From an uncultured bacterium (lineage in GTDB: Bacteria; Abyssobacteria; SURF-5): a stretch of DNA of 64,000 nucleotides. The position numbers and the translations under genes are program-made. Below are positions 8,908-19,060 of this stretch, piece after piece. The notes beneath the pieces are model-generated. The model was not told where the DNA came from. It searched no databases and saw nothing but the letters and a program-made list of their open reading frames with translations. Location: positions 9,235-73,234 of the forward strand of contig CAYVQZ010000011.1 in assembly GCA_964453435.1 (NCBI GenBank), read 5' to 3'. Each line of letters opens with the position of its first letter. Positions within the stretch are counted from its first letter, which is position 1.

Positions 8908-11001
8908 ATGATTGAGAGAATTGAATTACAGTTAGGGCGAAACAAGCTCATAATGGAAACCGGTCACATGGCCAAACAGGCCGACGGAGCGGCGTGTGTC
9001 TTCTATGGCGATACGGGAGTGCTGGTGACCGTCGTGGCGTCGTCGGATGTCCGCGAGGGGATCGACTTCCTCCCGCTCACCGTCGATTATCGGGAGAAAA
9101 CCTACGCCGCCGGAAAAATTCCGGGAGGCTTCTTCAAGCGAGAGGGGAGACCGTCCGAAAAGGAGACGCTGACATCGAGGCTCATCGACCGGCCGTTGCG
9201 TCCCCTGTTTCCCGACGGACACATCAATGAGACACAAATAATGGCCACGGTCATATCGCACGACCAGGAAAACGACCCGGACGTTTTGTCAATCGTGGGG
9301 GCGTCGGCGGCGCTTGCGCTCTCCCGAATTCCCTTCACGAACTTTGTGGGCGCGGTGCGAGTCGGAAGGCTCAACGACGAATTCGTGGTGAATCCCACCT
9401 ACAAGGACTTGGAGGAGAGCGATATCGATCTCGTGGTTGCCGGGACAAAGAGAGCGATTACCATGGTTGAGGGCGGCGGCAGGGAAATCGACGAGGAGAC
9501 GATGATCGCTGCTCTTGAATTCGGCCACCAGATGCTGAAGGACACCATCTCGGCCCAAGAGGAGTTGGTGGCTCGCTGCGGCAAATTTAAGCTGCCCGCC
9601 CCCACAGTCAGCCTTGACGCCGACATCGTGTCGAAGGTTGAATCGTTCGCGAGCGCGAAATTGAGGGAGGTTCTTGTCATTGCGGATAAACTGAAGCGTC
9701 AGGAGACGACGCACTCCGTGTTCGAGGAAACCCTGCAGCAATTTCCCGATGCGGCCGACCCGGAACTCGCGCAAATCAAGGCCGCTTTCAGAAATCTCGA
9801 AAAGAAACTGCTCCGCAACATGATATTGAAAGAGCAGTTGCGGGTTGACGGCAGAGGACCGAAAGCCATACGGCCCATAAGCTGCGAGATTGGGCTGTTG
9901 CCCCGCGTCCATGGTTCGTCTCTGTTCACGAGGGGTGAAACGCAGGCTCTTGTCGCCACAACGCTCGGGACATCGACCGATGAGCAGATTATGGACTCGC
10001 TGTTCGGCGAATACAAAAAGACATTCATGCTTCACTACAATTTCCCGCCGTTCAGCGTGGGCGAGGTCAAGCCGATCCGAGGTCCCGGCCGCCGGGAAAT
10101 CGGGCACGGCGCTCTTGCCGAGCGTTCTCTCGACAGCATGATGCCCTCGTTCGAGGAGTTTCCTTACACGTTGCGGGTCGTTTCCGACATCCTCGAATCG
10201 AACGGGTCATCTTCCATGGCCACGGTCTGCGGCGCCACCCTGTCACTCATGGACGCAGGAGTTCCCATCAAGGAGCCCATCGCCGGTATCGCAATGGGAC
10301 TCGTTCAAGAAGGCGAACAGACAGTTATCCTGAGCGATATTTTGGGGATCGAGGACCATCTCGGCGACATGGACTTCAAAGTCGCCGGCAGCAAGAACGG
10401 CATCACCGGTTTCCAGCTCGACACAAAGACCGATGGACTGAACCTGCATGTTCTCGCTCAAGCTCTTGAGCAGGCGCGAGAGGGACGCCTCTTCATCCTG
10501 GAGAAGATGCTGGAAGCTATCGCGCGGCCGCGCGCGGAAATATCCAAACACGCTCCGAGAATCATTCACATGCGGATCGATCCCGAAAAGATACGGGATG
10601 TCATCGGTCCGGGCGGCCGCATTATTCGAGGCATTGTCAGCGACACCGGCGCCGAAATTAACGTTGAGGACGACGGCAGAGTGCTTATCGCTGCGGTCAA
10701 CCCGGAGGCCGGAGAAAAAGCATACAATATGATTCGGTCCCTGGTCGAAGAAGTCGAAGTGGGCAAAATCTATACCGGCAAGGTGAAACGAGTCCTGAAG
10801 TTCGGCGCCTTCGTGGAAATATTGCCCGGCAAGGAAGGGCTTGTTCACATATCCGAATTGAGCGACCACCGCGTGCGCCGGGTGGAAGATGTTCTCAACG
10901 AGGGTGACACGGTAACGGTGAAGTGCATCGAGATCGACCGGCAAAACCGTATCAACTTGAGCAAGCGGGCCGCAGACAAAGAGCTGGGCGTGGGAGCTTG
11001 A
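8908..11001 (+). CDS. pnp: Polynucleotide phosphorylase (polyribonucleotide nucleotidyltransferase)
   Basis: 697 aa with two RNase PH domains, a KH domain and a C-terminal S1 domain (GKVKRVLKFGAFVEILPGKEGLVHISEL). Follows rpsO, the canonical rpsO-pnp arrangement. Confidence 0.95.
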   Translation: MIERIELQLGRNKLIMETGHMAKQADGAACVFYGDTGVLVTVVASSDVREGIDFLPLTVDYREKTYAAGKIPGGFFKREGRPSEKETLTSRLIDRPLRPLFPDGHINETQIMATVISHDQENDPDVLSIVGASAALALSRIPFTNFVGAVRVGRLNDEFVVNPTYKDLEESDIDLVVAGTKRAITMVEGGGREIDEETMIAALEFGHQMLKDTISAQEELVARCGKFKLPAPTVSLDADIVSKVESFASAKLREVLVIADKLKRQETTHSVFEETLQQFPDAADPELAQIKAAFRNLEKKLLRNMILKEQLRVDGRGPKAIRPISCEIGLLPRVHGSSLFTRGETQALVATTLGTSTDEQIMDSLFGEYKKTFMLHYNFPPFSVGEVKPIRGPGRREIGHGALAERSLDSMMPSFEEFPYTLRVVSDILESNGSSSMATVCGATLSLMDAGVPIKEPIAGIAMGLVQEGEQTVILSDILGIEDHLGDMDFKVAGSKNGITGFQLDTKTDGLNLHVLAQALEQAREGRLFILEKMLEAIARPRAEISKHAPRIIHMRIDPEKIRDVIGPGGRIIRGIVSDTGAEINVEDDGRVLIAAVNPEAGEKAYNMIRSLVEEVEVGKIYTGKVKRVLKFGAFVEILPGKEGLVHISELSDHRVRRVEDVLNEGDTVTVKCIEIDRQNRINLSKRAADKELGVGA

Positions 11002-11004
11002 GGC

Positions 11005-12243
11005 TTGCTGAGGCGATATCATCTGTCGAACGGAATCCGGGTAGTAACAGAGCTCATTCCTCATTTTCGGTCTGCGACCATCGGAGTCTGGATTCGAGCG
11101 GGCTCTGTCAACGAAACCCGTGATATCAATGGCGTTTCTCATCTCCTCGAGCATCTGTTCTTTAAGGGGACGAAAACACGGACCGCCCGCCAGATTATGG
11201 AGTCCTTCGAGGGCCTCGGAGGCTCCGCCAACGCTTTTACCAGTCGTGAGTATACCTGCCTGTACAGCAGGATACTCGATACCCATGTCGACACTGCAGT
11301 CGAGATATTGGCCGATATCCTTCTCAACTCGGTGTTCCGCGACCTTGAGAAGGAAAAAGCCGTTGTTGCCGAGGAAATTCAGTCCTATATCGACACTCCG
11401 GAAGACCACGTGCTGGATTTGCTCTACGCAAACTTGTGGCGAGGGCATCCGCTCGGCTTCTCGATTACCGGCTCGAAGCGCGCGCTCGCGAGGCTCAACC
11501 GCAAGGTTGTCCGCAATTACTATCGCACGTGGTATGTCCCTTCGAACATACTTGTCGCAATCGCGGGCAACTTCGATAGTCCATACCTCCGTAAAGTTTG
11601 CGAGAAACATTTTGGAGTTCTCGATGGCTCCGATAACAGACACGCTTACAACCCCCCGAAAGTCCGCGCCGCAAAAAGGATATACAATCGAAAGATCGGT
11701 CAGGTTCACTTCAGCCTCGCATTGCCCGGTGTCTCCGCCCACGACGAAAGACGCTTTGCCTTCAATCTCCTCGCCAACATCCTCGGCGGTTCCTCTATCT
11801 CGCGCCTCTATCAGCGAGTGCGCGAAGACGAGGGACTGGCTTATCAGATTAACGCGTTCGTAAGTTCGTTGGAAAATGCCGGTTTGATAGGGGTTTACGC
11901 CGCGCTCAATCCACGGCAGACCCAGAGAGCGATGGACATTGTTCTGGAGGAGATGGCGCTGCTCAAGAAAAAAGAGGTTCCGGATGACGAACTCGGGGGC
12001 GCGAAGGAACAGCTCAAAGGCAATATCGTGTTGTCGCTGGAGAGCACATCCGGGCGGATGATGAGGTTGGCCCGGTCGGTACTCTCACTGAACCGGGTGG
12101 AAAGTCTCCAGACCATCATGAACAAGATCGACAAAGTCACGGCGGAACAGATCAGGGAACTCGCCTGTCAATTATTTCGCGACGAAGCGCTCAACGTCGT
12201 GGCGCTCGGCCCGCTCAAAGAATTGGAGATTCGAAGTATCTGA
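11005..12243 (+). CDS. M16 family zinc metallopeptidase (pitrilysin/insulinase-like)
   Basis: 412 aa. Inverted zincin motif HLLEH (GVSHLLEHLFFKGT) near the N-terminus. Peptidase_M16 plus M16_C architecture. Tightly follows pnp. Confidence 0.8.
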   Translation: MLRRYHLSNGIRVVTELIPHFRSATIGVWIRAGSVNETRDINGVSHLLEHLFFKGTKTRTARQIMESFEGLGGSANAFTSREYTCLYSRILDTHVDTAVEILADILLNSVFRDLEKEKAVVAEEIQSYIDTPEDHVLDLLYANLWRGHPLGFSITGSKRALARLNRKVVRNYYRTWYVPSNILVAIAGNFDSPYLRKVCEKHFGVLDGSDNRHAYNPPKVRAAKRIYNRKIGQVHFSLALPGVSAHDERRFAFNLLANILGGSSISRLYQRVREDEGLAYQINAFVSSLENAGLIGVYAALNPRQTQRAMDIVLEEMALLKKKEVPDDELGGAKEQLKGNIVLSLESTSGRMMRLARSVLSLNRVESLQTIMNKIDKVTAEQIRELACQLFRDEALNVVALGPLKELEIRSI

Positions 12244-12339
12244 AATTCCAGCGGGTTATGTGACGGCTTTGCACTCTGCAGCGCAACCGAACCTTTACGC
12301 ATGTTCGAATTGGCTGGTATAAATTTGAATCAGGCCTAA

Positions 12340-12662
12340 TTCGCCGAATGCGGTCAGTCCCGGGCGACGTCTCCGGTTGCTGATTTGCCATGCGGACAGG
12401 CTCACAGTGACTGTGCCCGACAATTTGCTGAGGTGTGCTTCGGGGGCAGTCCCGATTCTGCGGCGCTTCGTGCCCGTAAATCCGGGACAGTCCCTTGCGC
12501 TTGGCAATCGAGGGACGGATTCGCAGCCCGCCAATCTATCCCGCCTTTGTCAGGCGAGGCGTGTGACCCGCTCAGCGATGAAATAAGGGGGATTCCGTAA
12601 TTGGGTACAGCCCCCTCCGCTCGCGTTTTGGCAGAAAATTCGATTGTCGGGCAGGCTCACAG
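12340..12662. repeat. MITE-like mosaic intergenic repeat, copy B
   Basis: Shares modules with the other copies: GGGGGCAGTCCCGATTCT, TTCGTGCCCGTAAATCCGGGACAGTCCC, GCCAATCTATCCCGC, GGGGGATTCCGTAATTGGGTACAGCCCCC. Bounded by inverted ends (...GGCTCACAGTGACTGTGCCCGACAATTT / AATTCGATTGTCGGGCAGGCTCACAG). The small ORFs at 12377-12600 inside it are not credible. Confidence 0.6.
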
Positions 12663-12704
12663 AACCTTCCAGCGCAGCCGGGTGTCTTGTTTCAAATCAT
12701 CGAG

Positions 12705-13148
12705 ATGATTATTGTTAAGATAAAGAGGCTTCCCAACAACCCGGACTTGCCTCTTCCCAGAAAAATGAGCCAACACAGCGCGGGCTTCGATTTGACAGCC
12801 GCGGTGGAAAGTCCTGTGACAATTGAACCGGCGATGACCGCACTTGTCCCAATCGGCGTCGCGCTGAGCATACCACAGGGCTACGAGGGTCAGGTCAGAC
12901 CGAGGAGCGGACTCGCTGTCAATTATGGGTTGACAATTCTCAACGCGCCCGGCACAATCGATTCGGATTATCGGGGGGAACTGAAGGTCGCCCTTATAAA
13001 CCTGGGTTCGGGCCCCTTCACCATACGGCGGGGAGATCGGGTCGCCCAACTCGTAATTGCCCCCGTCGCTCCCGTCGCACTGGAAGAGACCGTTGACCTC
13101 GACCCGACGTCCCGTGGCGAGGGCGGATTCGGCCACACAGGTGTGTGA
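12705..13148 (+). CDS. dut: dUTP diphosphatase (dUTPase)
   Basis: Conserved dUTPase motifs SAGFDL, RPRSGLA, GTIDSDYRGE, and a C-terminal RGEGGFGHTG. The ATG at 12705 is the likeliest start; the ORF track starts at TTG 12687. Confidence 0.85.
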   Translation: MIIVKIKRLPNNPDLPLPRKMSQHSAGFDLTAAVESPVTIEPAMTALVPIGVALSIPQGYEGQVRPRSGLAVNYGLTILNAPGTIDSDYRGELKVALINLGSGPFTIRRGDRVAQLVIAPVAPVALEETVDLDPTSRGEGGFGHTGV

Positions 13149-13277
13149 ATTCTCGTTTCTTTGCGATAGGGAGATTGGGCGCTGTGAATCCCTTTCGCGA
13201 TTCGCTGGCTCGTTCACCGAAGGCACGCTCGATTCCTTCTATCACCGCAAGATATCGATGTTTCTGCCCATAATGAT

Positions 13278-13307
13278 TTGACACAACTCAGTATCTTGTG
13301 TTATGAT
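13278..13307 (+). promoter_or_regulatory. Sigma-70-like promoter upstream of ftsK (TTGACA - 18 nt - TATGAT)
   Basis: Hexamers read directly from the sequence. Confidence 0.45.
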
Positions 13308-13333
13308 TTGCACAAAATGGCATGTAGATTAGA

Positions 13334-15652
13334 ATGGTGAGATGTGCCCAAATGTCTAAATCGGCCAAGTTGAAATTGAATAAGAGAAACGAAATAATCG
13401 GGTTCTTGCTTCTGAGTTTGGCGGCCGTCATTTTTCTCAGCGCTGTCTCGTACAATTCTCACGACACGCCGTGGCACACCTCCAGTCCGAATCATCCGAA
13501 GGCCAACCTTGCCGGCTCCGTTGGAGCGTATCTGGCCGAAGTGTTGATTTTCTCCGTTGGGATGGGCGCCTACCTGCTTCCGCTCGTGCTTCTCATTTGG
13601 GCATGGCGGGTGTTCTGGGGAAACATGGGTAAAGATATCTACCTCAAGGTCGTTGGCCTCGTCCTCTTGACGCTCATGGTCGGCGCGGTTGCCGATATGT
13701 TTGACCTCGCGGTTGGAGGCAGCGGTTTCCGGGCGAGCGGCGTTGCCGGTCCCTTCATCGCCGACATGCTGGCCGCTCCCTTTGGCACAATCGGCGCGCG
13801 ACTTGTCGCGCTCACGTTCCTAATCATCTCGATATTGCTTACCACCGATTTTCTCTTTTTTTCCTTCCTAATAACGGCAGGAATGGTTCTTGGCAGGGCA
13901 GGCATGCGGGTGGGCCGTTTTGCGCACGAGAGCACGAAGGGCGCATACGAGTTGCCGGGAGGGCTGTCGATTGCGCCGAAGAAGAGGCCGTTGAAGGTAT
14001 CTCTCAAAGAGCAGACGCAGTGGGAGGAAGGAATGCCTCCGGCGGATCAAGAAAGCGCGCATGCGCGAAACGAGGAGGCAAAGTCAACCCTCCTTTCGAA
14101 GATGAGAAAGAAAAAACCGCTGATAAAAGAGCCGCCGCGGACTCGGCAAGTTCGAGAGCCTGCGAGACGAGCAAATGGTGAATTTGAATTGCCGCCCATT
14201 TCATTATTGGATATGCCTCAACGCAAGAACGAGCGGGATCAAAGGCAGGCGCTCGGCGAAATGTCCGAGTTGCTGGAGTCAACCCTTTCAACGTTTGGAA
14301 TCGAGGCGCAGGTTGTTGAAATATCGCGGGGCCCCGCCGTCACTCGTTTCGAACTGAAGTTGGCCCCCGGCATAAAGGTGAATAAGATTCTTGCTCTCTC
14401 GGACGACCTGGCCTTGGCGCTCGAGGCCTATCGGGTGCGCATCGAAGCGCCGATACCGGGCAAAGCGGCCGTGGGTATCGAAGTTCCCAATAAAGTGCGC
14501 GAGGATGTGTGCCTTCGGGAAGTAATAGATTCAGAGCAGTTTCACGGTTCCCGTTCCAAGCTCACCATCGCGCTCGGCAAAACCATTACGGGCGACCCGC
14601 TCGTAGCCGACCTGGGCGGCATGCCGCACTTGCTCATCGCCGGCGCCACCGGCGCCGGCAAGACGGTGTGCGTAAACTCCCTCATCGCGAGCATCCTTTA
14701 CAATTGCACGCCCGAGGAAGTTCGGTTCATGATGATCGACCCGAAGGTGGTCGAGTTGAGCCCGTACAACGGCATTCCGCACCTGTTGTGGCCGGTCATT
14801 ACCGATCCAAAAGAGACCGGAAAGTACCTGCATTGGCTTGTCAGCGAAATGGAAGAGCGCTACAAGGTTCTCGCTCGCGCCGGAGCGCGCAACATCGAAT
14901 CGTACAATCAGAAGGTTGCGGAGGGAATGCCCGTCAGGCCCGGAGTCCAGGAGGACCTCTTTGACGAGATTCCGCAATCCCTTCCGTATATCGTGACGAT
15001 AATCGACGAGCTGGCCGATCTTATGATGGTGGCCTCCATAGAGGTCGAGGACGCGATCATGAGGTTAGCCCAGTTGGCTCGGGCGGTTGGCATCCATCTC
15101 GTCCTCGCGACCCAAAGGCCGTCGGTTGACGTAATAACGGGTGTCATCAAAGCAAATTTTCCCGCTCGTATATCCTTTCAGGTCTCCTCGCGGGTCGATT
15201 CTCGCACCGTCCTTGACATGAACGGCGCTGAGAAACTCATCGGGAAAGGGGACTTGCTCTATCTGCCCGCGGGCTTGGCGAAGCCCATACGAGCGCAGGG
15301 GGCGTACGTGACGGATCAGGAAATAAGCCGGATTGTGGAATTCCTGACTGCCCAGCGTGGGGCCGAATATCTGGACCCCGAGCGAGAGGCCTTGAACGAG
15401 GTCCCGAGTCACTCGAAAGAAGCCGGAGACAACCATGACGACCCGCTTTACGAAGATGCGGTCCGGCTTGTCCTCAGTACGCAGCAAGCATCGATTTCCA
15501 TGATCCAGAGACGGCTCCGCGTCGGATATGCCAGGGCCGCCAGGCTCATCGACATGATGGAGCTCGATGGAATAGTAGGCCCTTCGCAAGGTAGTCAAGC
15601 CAGGGAAATACTCGTCGGCCAGGATTACCTCCGCACGATGGATACACGGTAG
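13334..15652 (+). CDS. ftsK: DNA translocase FtsK/SpoIIIE
   Basis: 772 aa. N-terminal transmembrane helices and a basic/proline linker. AAA+ motor with Walker A GATGAGKT. C-terminal gamma winged-helix domain (ISMIQRRLRVGYARAARLIDMME). Confidence 0.9.
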   Translation: MVRCAQMSKSAKLKLNKRNEIIGFLLLSLAAVIFLSAVSYNSHDTPWHTSSPNHPKANLAGSVGAYLAEVLIFSVGMGAYLLPLVLLIWAWRVFWGNMGKDIYLKVVGLVLLTLMVGAVADMFDLAVGGSGFRASGVAGPFIADMLAAPFGTIGARLVALTFLIISILLTTDFLFFSFLITAGMVLGRAGMRVGRFAHESTKGAYELPGGLSIAPKKRPLKVSLKEQTQWEEGMPPADQESAHARNEEAKSTLLSKMRKKKPLIKEPPRTRQVREPARRANGEFELPPISLLDMPQRKNERDQRQALGEMSELLESTLSTFGIEAQVVEISRGPAVTRFELKLAPGIKVNKILALSDDLALALEAYRVRIEAPIPGKAAVGIEVPNKVREDVCLREVIDSEQFHGSRSKLTIALGKTITGDPLVADLGGMPHLLIAGATGAGKTVCVNSLIASILYNCTPEEVRFMMIDPKVVELSPYNGIPHLLWPVITDPKETGKYLHWLVSEMEERYKVLARAGARNIESYNQKVAEGMPVRPGVQEDLFDEIPQSLPYIVTIIDELADLMMVASIEVEDAIMRLAQLARAVGIHLVLATQRPSVDVITGVIKANFPARISFQVSSRVDSRTVLDMNGAEKLIGKGDLLYLPAGLAKPIRAQGAYVTDQEISRIVEFLTAQRGAEYLDPEREALNEVPSHSKEAGDNHDDPLYEDAVRLVLSTQQASISMIQRRLRVGYARAARLIDMMELDGIVGPSQGSQAREILVGQDYLRTMDTR

Positions 15653-16105
15653 CGCTCCTCCGAGTGTGTCTCCTTCATTAAAACTCAAGTCATTCATTGC
15701 CTTACGTCGGTTACGGATGGCCGTTGTTCCCCCTGCCCCGGGGCAGGACTTTCGTTTCTGGCGCCCGTGTTTCCCAAAAGTATCGTGCGCCGGCTCCAAA
15801 ATTTCTATTGAATTATTTTCTGATGGCCGTTATATTTGTAACAGGGAAGGAATCCATGGGGCCTGTTGCGGGCAATAGTTTTCCAAGCCCTGAATGTGTC
15901 CGGTGATTCCATGTCGGCCATGAGTCCAGTGGCCGAAGGCGTGCGAGAGTTTTCGGCAGACGGATGGCCGCGGCCGAATTGTGCGGTGATGAGTTATCAG
16001 ACACGTTCAAAGTGCAAACAGTATACGGTAAGCGGGTTGAACATCCCGTTGCGTGTCGTTTCAATAAGACGGTTTTGCCAGCCCTCTCAAGTGAGTTGAT
16101 ACATC

Positions 16106-17440
16106 TTGTCCCAAAGAATTTGGATCGAAAGTCTGGGATGCGCAAAGAACCAGGTGGATTCGGAAGTCATGCTCGGCTTTCTGACCAGGAACGGCTTTGG
16201 CGTCGCCGACGAAGCGGAGTCCGCCGACCTGATAATTGTCAATACGTGCGGTTTTATCGAACCCGCCATAGAAGAGTCCATTGAAGCTATCCTTGACATG
16301 GGAAACCTCAAAAAGGAAGGCGCCAAGGGATTGATCGTCACCGGCTGTCTTTATCAGCGGTATGGGAAGAGACTGCGCGAAGAGCTGCCCGAGGTCGACG
16401 CGTTTGTTGGATGCGGCGAACTTGAGAAAATCGTTGAGGCCTGTCAGAGTGTTCTGCGGGGCGTCCGATTCGCCGCCGTCAATGTGCCTGAGTACCTGTA
16501 TGATCATAATACCCCGCGAGTGCTCGTCGGCAGGCCGAATTCGGTCTACGTAAAAATTGCCGAGGGATGCGACAATCGATGCAGCTATTGCACCATCCCG
16601 AAAATTCGTGGCCGCTATCGGAGCCGTTCGCCCGAATCGGTGGTGAAAGAGGTCAGGCGTCTCGTAAGACGCGGGGCCAAGGAAATCAATCTCATCGCGC
16701 AGGATTCCACATATTTCGGCGCTCCGGAAACCGGGGAAGAGCGCATCACCCATCTGTTGCGAGAGCTTGACCGGATTCGAGGAAAGAAATGGCTGCGTCT
16801 TTTATATGCGCATCCGGCGCGCATCACGACCGCGGTGGCGCGCGCCATCGATGATTCTCGTTCCATTTGTCACTATCTCGATATGCCCGTGCAGCATGTA
16901 TGCGACGATATCCTCAGAGCCATGCGACGGAAGGGGTCGTCGGACGCCATCCGAAGGGCCGTCGCCATCGTGCGCGAGGAGATTCCCGACCTTTCACTCC
17001 GGACAACTCTTATGGTAGGATTTCCGGGGGAAACCGATAAGCATTTCGAGAAACTTTTGAATTTTGTTCGGGAGGCGAAATTCGATAAACTCGGCGTCTT
17101 TAAGTACTCACGGGAATCCGGAACCGACGCAGCTCGTCTCAGCAGGCAGGTGCCCGAGAAAATAAAGCAGGAGAGATACGATGTCTTGATGCGCGAACAG
17201 GTCTTCATTTCGCACAGCATCAATCGTTCTCTGATAGGACGCACCTTGGAAGCGTTTGTCGAAGGCACAGACGATTCGGCGCCGAAACGCTTTGTGGGAC
17301 GAACCTACCGGGATGGCCCTGATACCGATGGCGTGGTTCGAATACGGTGCGACACGGGGACCGACGCCCCCGTTGGAGAATTTGTTCAAGTCGAAATAAC
17401 CAAAGCAGATGATTATGACCTGGAGGGCAGGTTATTATGA
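16106..17440 (+). CDS. rimO: Ribosomal protein S12 methylthiotransferase RimO (MiaB-family radical SAM methylthiotransferase)
   Basis: 444 aa. N-terminal methylthiotransferase domain SLGCAKNQVDSE. Radical SAM CxxxCxxC motif (CDNRCSYCTIP). C-terminal TRAM domain. The N-terminal motif favours RimO over MiaB. Confidence 0.7.
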   Translation: MSQRIWIESLGCAKNQVDSEVMLGFLTRNGFGVADEAESADLIIVNTCGFIEPAIEESIEAILDMGNLKKEGAKGLIVTGCLYQRYGKRLREELPEVDAFVGCGELEKIVEACQSVLRGVRFAAVNVPEYLYDHNTPRVLVGRPNSVYVKIAEGCDNRCSYCTIPKIRGRYRSRSPESVVKEVRRLVRRGAKEINLIAQDSTYFGAPETGEERITHLLRELDRIRGKKWLRLLYAHPARITTAVARAIDDSRSICHYLDMPVQHVCDDILRAMRRKGSSDAIRRAVAIVREEIPDLSLRTTLMVGFPGETDKHFEKLLNFVREAKFDKLGVFKYSRESGTDAARLSRQVPEKIKQERYDVLMREQVFISHSINRSLIGRTLEAFVEGTDDSAPKRFVGRTYRDGPDTDGVVRIRCDTGTDAPVGEFVQVEITKADDYDLEGRLL

Positions 17441-18051
17441 GTTCCATAAATCTTCCGAATAAGCTCACGCTGATCCGGGTCGGGCTTGTCCCGTTGTTCC
17501 TTTTATTCCTTTCGATTGACAGCATCTATTCGCATTCGCTCGCGCTGATAACCTTTGTGGTGGCTGCGATTACCGATTATTATGACGGAAAAATTGCGCG
17601 GGCCCGCTCACTGGAAACCGATTTCGGCCGCCTGATGGACCCCCTCGCCGACAAGATACTCATCTCTGCGGCATTCATATATTTCGTTGGTTCATACCCG
17701 CACATTCCGGCTTGGATCGTAACGATCATCATTGCGCGCGAGTTCGCCGTTTCCGGCATTCGGATGCTCGCGGCGACCAAAGGCAAGGTGGTTGCGGCAG
17801 ACAAAGCCGGGAAGCTGAAAACAATAAGCCAATTGACAGTGATTATTGCAATCTTAAATGTAATCGTGTACAAAAAGCTGCTCGTTTCGATTGTCCCGTT
17901 CTGGGCCACGATAGAGGTGTGGGCAAAAGTGGGTATCGACATTCTCGTCATGGTTACCCTCATCATGACGGTTTTTTCCGGCTACAACTACCTGCGCGTC
18001 AACAGAGACCTGTTTTGGGAGTCTCTGAAGGCGCCCGCAACAGCCGCCTAG
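17437..18051 (+). CDS. pgsA: CDP-diacylglycerol--glycerol-3-phosphate 3-phosphatidyltransferase
   Basis: 204 aa. CDP-alcohol phosphotransferase motif DYYDGKIARARSLETDFGRLMDPLADK. Several transmembrane helices. Confidence 0.85.
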   Translation: MSSINLPNKLTLIRVGLVPLFLLFLSIDSIYSHSLALITFVVAAITDYYDGKIARARSLETDFGRLMDPLADKILISAAFIYFVGSYPHIPAWIVTIIIAREFAVSGIRMLAATKGKVVAADKAGKLKTISQLTVIIAILNVIVYKKLLVSIVPFWATIEVWAKVGIDILVMVTLIMTVFSGYNYLRVNRDLFWESLKAPATAA

Positions 18052-18068
18052 CGACCAGTCGACATTCC

Positions 18069-18566
18069 ATGGGCGAAAAACATTCAGCGGAAGGGGCGCG
18101 CCGATGGACGGACACGGTGGTGGTGGGCTTTGTATCGGTCTGCTACTTGGGCTATGCACCGGTTGCTTCCGGAACCTTTGGCAGCATGCCGGGCGTGCTC
18201 GTCGCATGGTGGCTCAACAAACAACCGGTTGCGCTCACGCTGCTGGCGATTGTCCTGTTCGGTGTCGGCGTGGCGGCTTCGACCCGAGCCGAGTCGATAT
18301 TCGTGCAGCATGACCCTTCGCGGGTGACCATAGACGAGTTTGTGGGCATGCTCGTCGCCTTCATTGGGCTTCCCATGACGTGGACATCGGTCGTTCTCGT
18401 GTTCGTGTTTTACCGGATACTCGATGTCGTGAAACCGTTTCCGGCGCGGCAGTGCGAGAAAATCGGAGGGGGGTTGGGCATCATGGCCGACGACGTGGTT
18501 GCAGGGATATACGCAAACCTGGCATGCCGAGTTCTCATGGCCTTTATCGGAGACGCCGCTCTATGA
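18069..18566 (+). CDS. pgpA: Phosphatidylglycerophosphatase A
   Basis: 165-aa C-terminal part of track ORF 17712-18566. Starts at ATG 18069. GYAPVASGTFGS and IDEFVGM motifs. The upstream part of the track ORF is out-of-frame overlap with pgsA. Confidence 0.75.
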   Translation: MGEKHSAEGARRWTDTVVVGFVSVCYLGYAPVASGTFGSMPGVLVAWWLNKQPVALTLLAIVLFGVGVAASTRAESIFVQHDPSRVTIDEFVGMLVAFIGLPMTWTSVVLVFVFYRILDVVKPFPARQCEKIGGGLGIMADDVVAGIYANLACRVLMAFIGDAAL

Positions 18567-19033
18567 AACTCGAGCGCAAGCTCGGAAAGGCGCTGGCGAA
18601 ACGCGGTCTTACGATTGCCGTGGCCGAATCGTGTACCGGCGGACTCATAACGCATCTGATAACCAATGTTCCCGGAAGCTCCAGCTACTTCGAGCGAGGA
18701 TTCGTCGTGTACAGCAATCGCTCGAAGGAGGAAGTGTTGGGCGTGAAACCGGAAACGCTGCGACGCTACGGCGCCGTGAGCCGGCAGGCGGCGCGGGAAA
18801 TGGCTGCCGGAGCGCGAAACGTGTCGGGAGCGAATATCGCGCTCGCTGTCACGGGAATCGCGGGTCCGATAAGTGACGATTCAAAAAAGCCTGTCGGACT
18901 CGTTTACCTTTCCATATGCCGCGATGACGGTTCGGTTCGCGTGCAAAAGCATATCTATTCCGGCAGCAGGCTTCAGGTCAAGAAGCAAAGCGCGCGGGCC
19001 GCGCTTGAACTCGTTCTCAAGAGCATCACATAG
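18563..19033 (+). CDS. CinA C-terminal domain protein / nicotinamide-nucleotide amidohydrolase PncC-like
   Basis: 156 aa from ATG 18563. LTIAVAESCTGGLI and LAVTGIAGP motifs of the CinA_C family. A 4-nt overlap with the pgpA stop indicates translational coupling. Confidence 0.75.
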   Translation: MKLERKLGKALAKRGLTIAVAESCTGGLITHLITNVPGSSSYFERGFVVYSNRSKEEVLGVKPETLRRYGAVSRQAAREMAAGARNVSGANIALAVTGIAGPISDDSKKPVGLVYLSICRDDGSVRVQKHIYSGSRLQVKKQSARAALELVLKSIT

Positions 19034-19060
19034 GCGGGCGGGCAAAGAAGTGCCCGAAGG

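Noticed and set aside
9289-10107. 272-aa minus ORF. Similar long antisense ORFs include 16061-16753, 15065-15799, 20801-21370, 40212-41123, 50366-51138, 55184-56098 and 57374-58159.
   Set aside because: All are antisense to confidently assigned genes and lack motifs.
10243-11742. 499-aa minus-strand ORF
   Set aside because: It lies entirely antisense to pnp and the M16 peptidase, which are unambiguously identified. It has no recognisable domains. Long stop-free antisense frames are expected at this GC content.
12377-12600. Small ORFs (69-79 aa) inside repeat copy B, and similar ones inside copies C and E (for example 45082-45363)
   Set aside because: They are not conserved between repeat copies, which differ by module rearrangement. 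They look like an artefact of GC-rich repeats.
17712-18566. 284-aa ORF spanning pgsA and pgpA
   Set aside because: Only the last 165 aa, from ATG 18069, correspond to PgpA. The upstream part is an out-of-frame read-through across pgsA.
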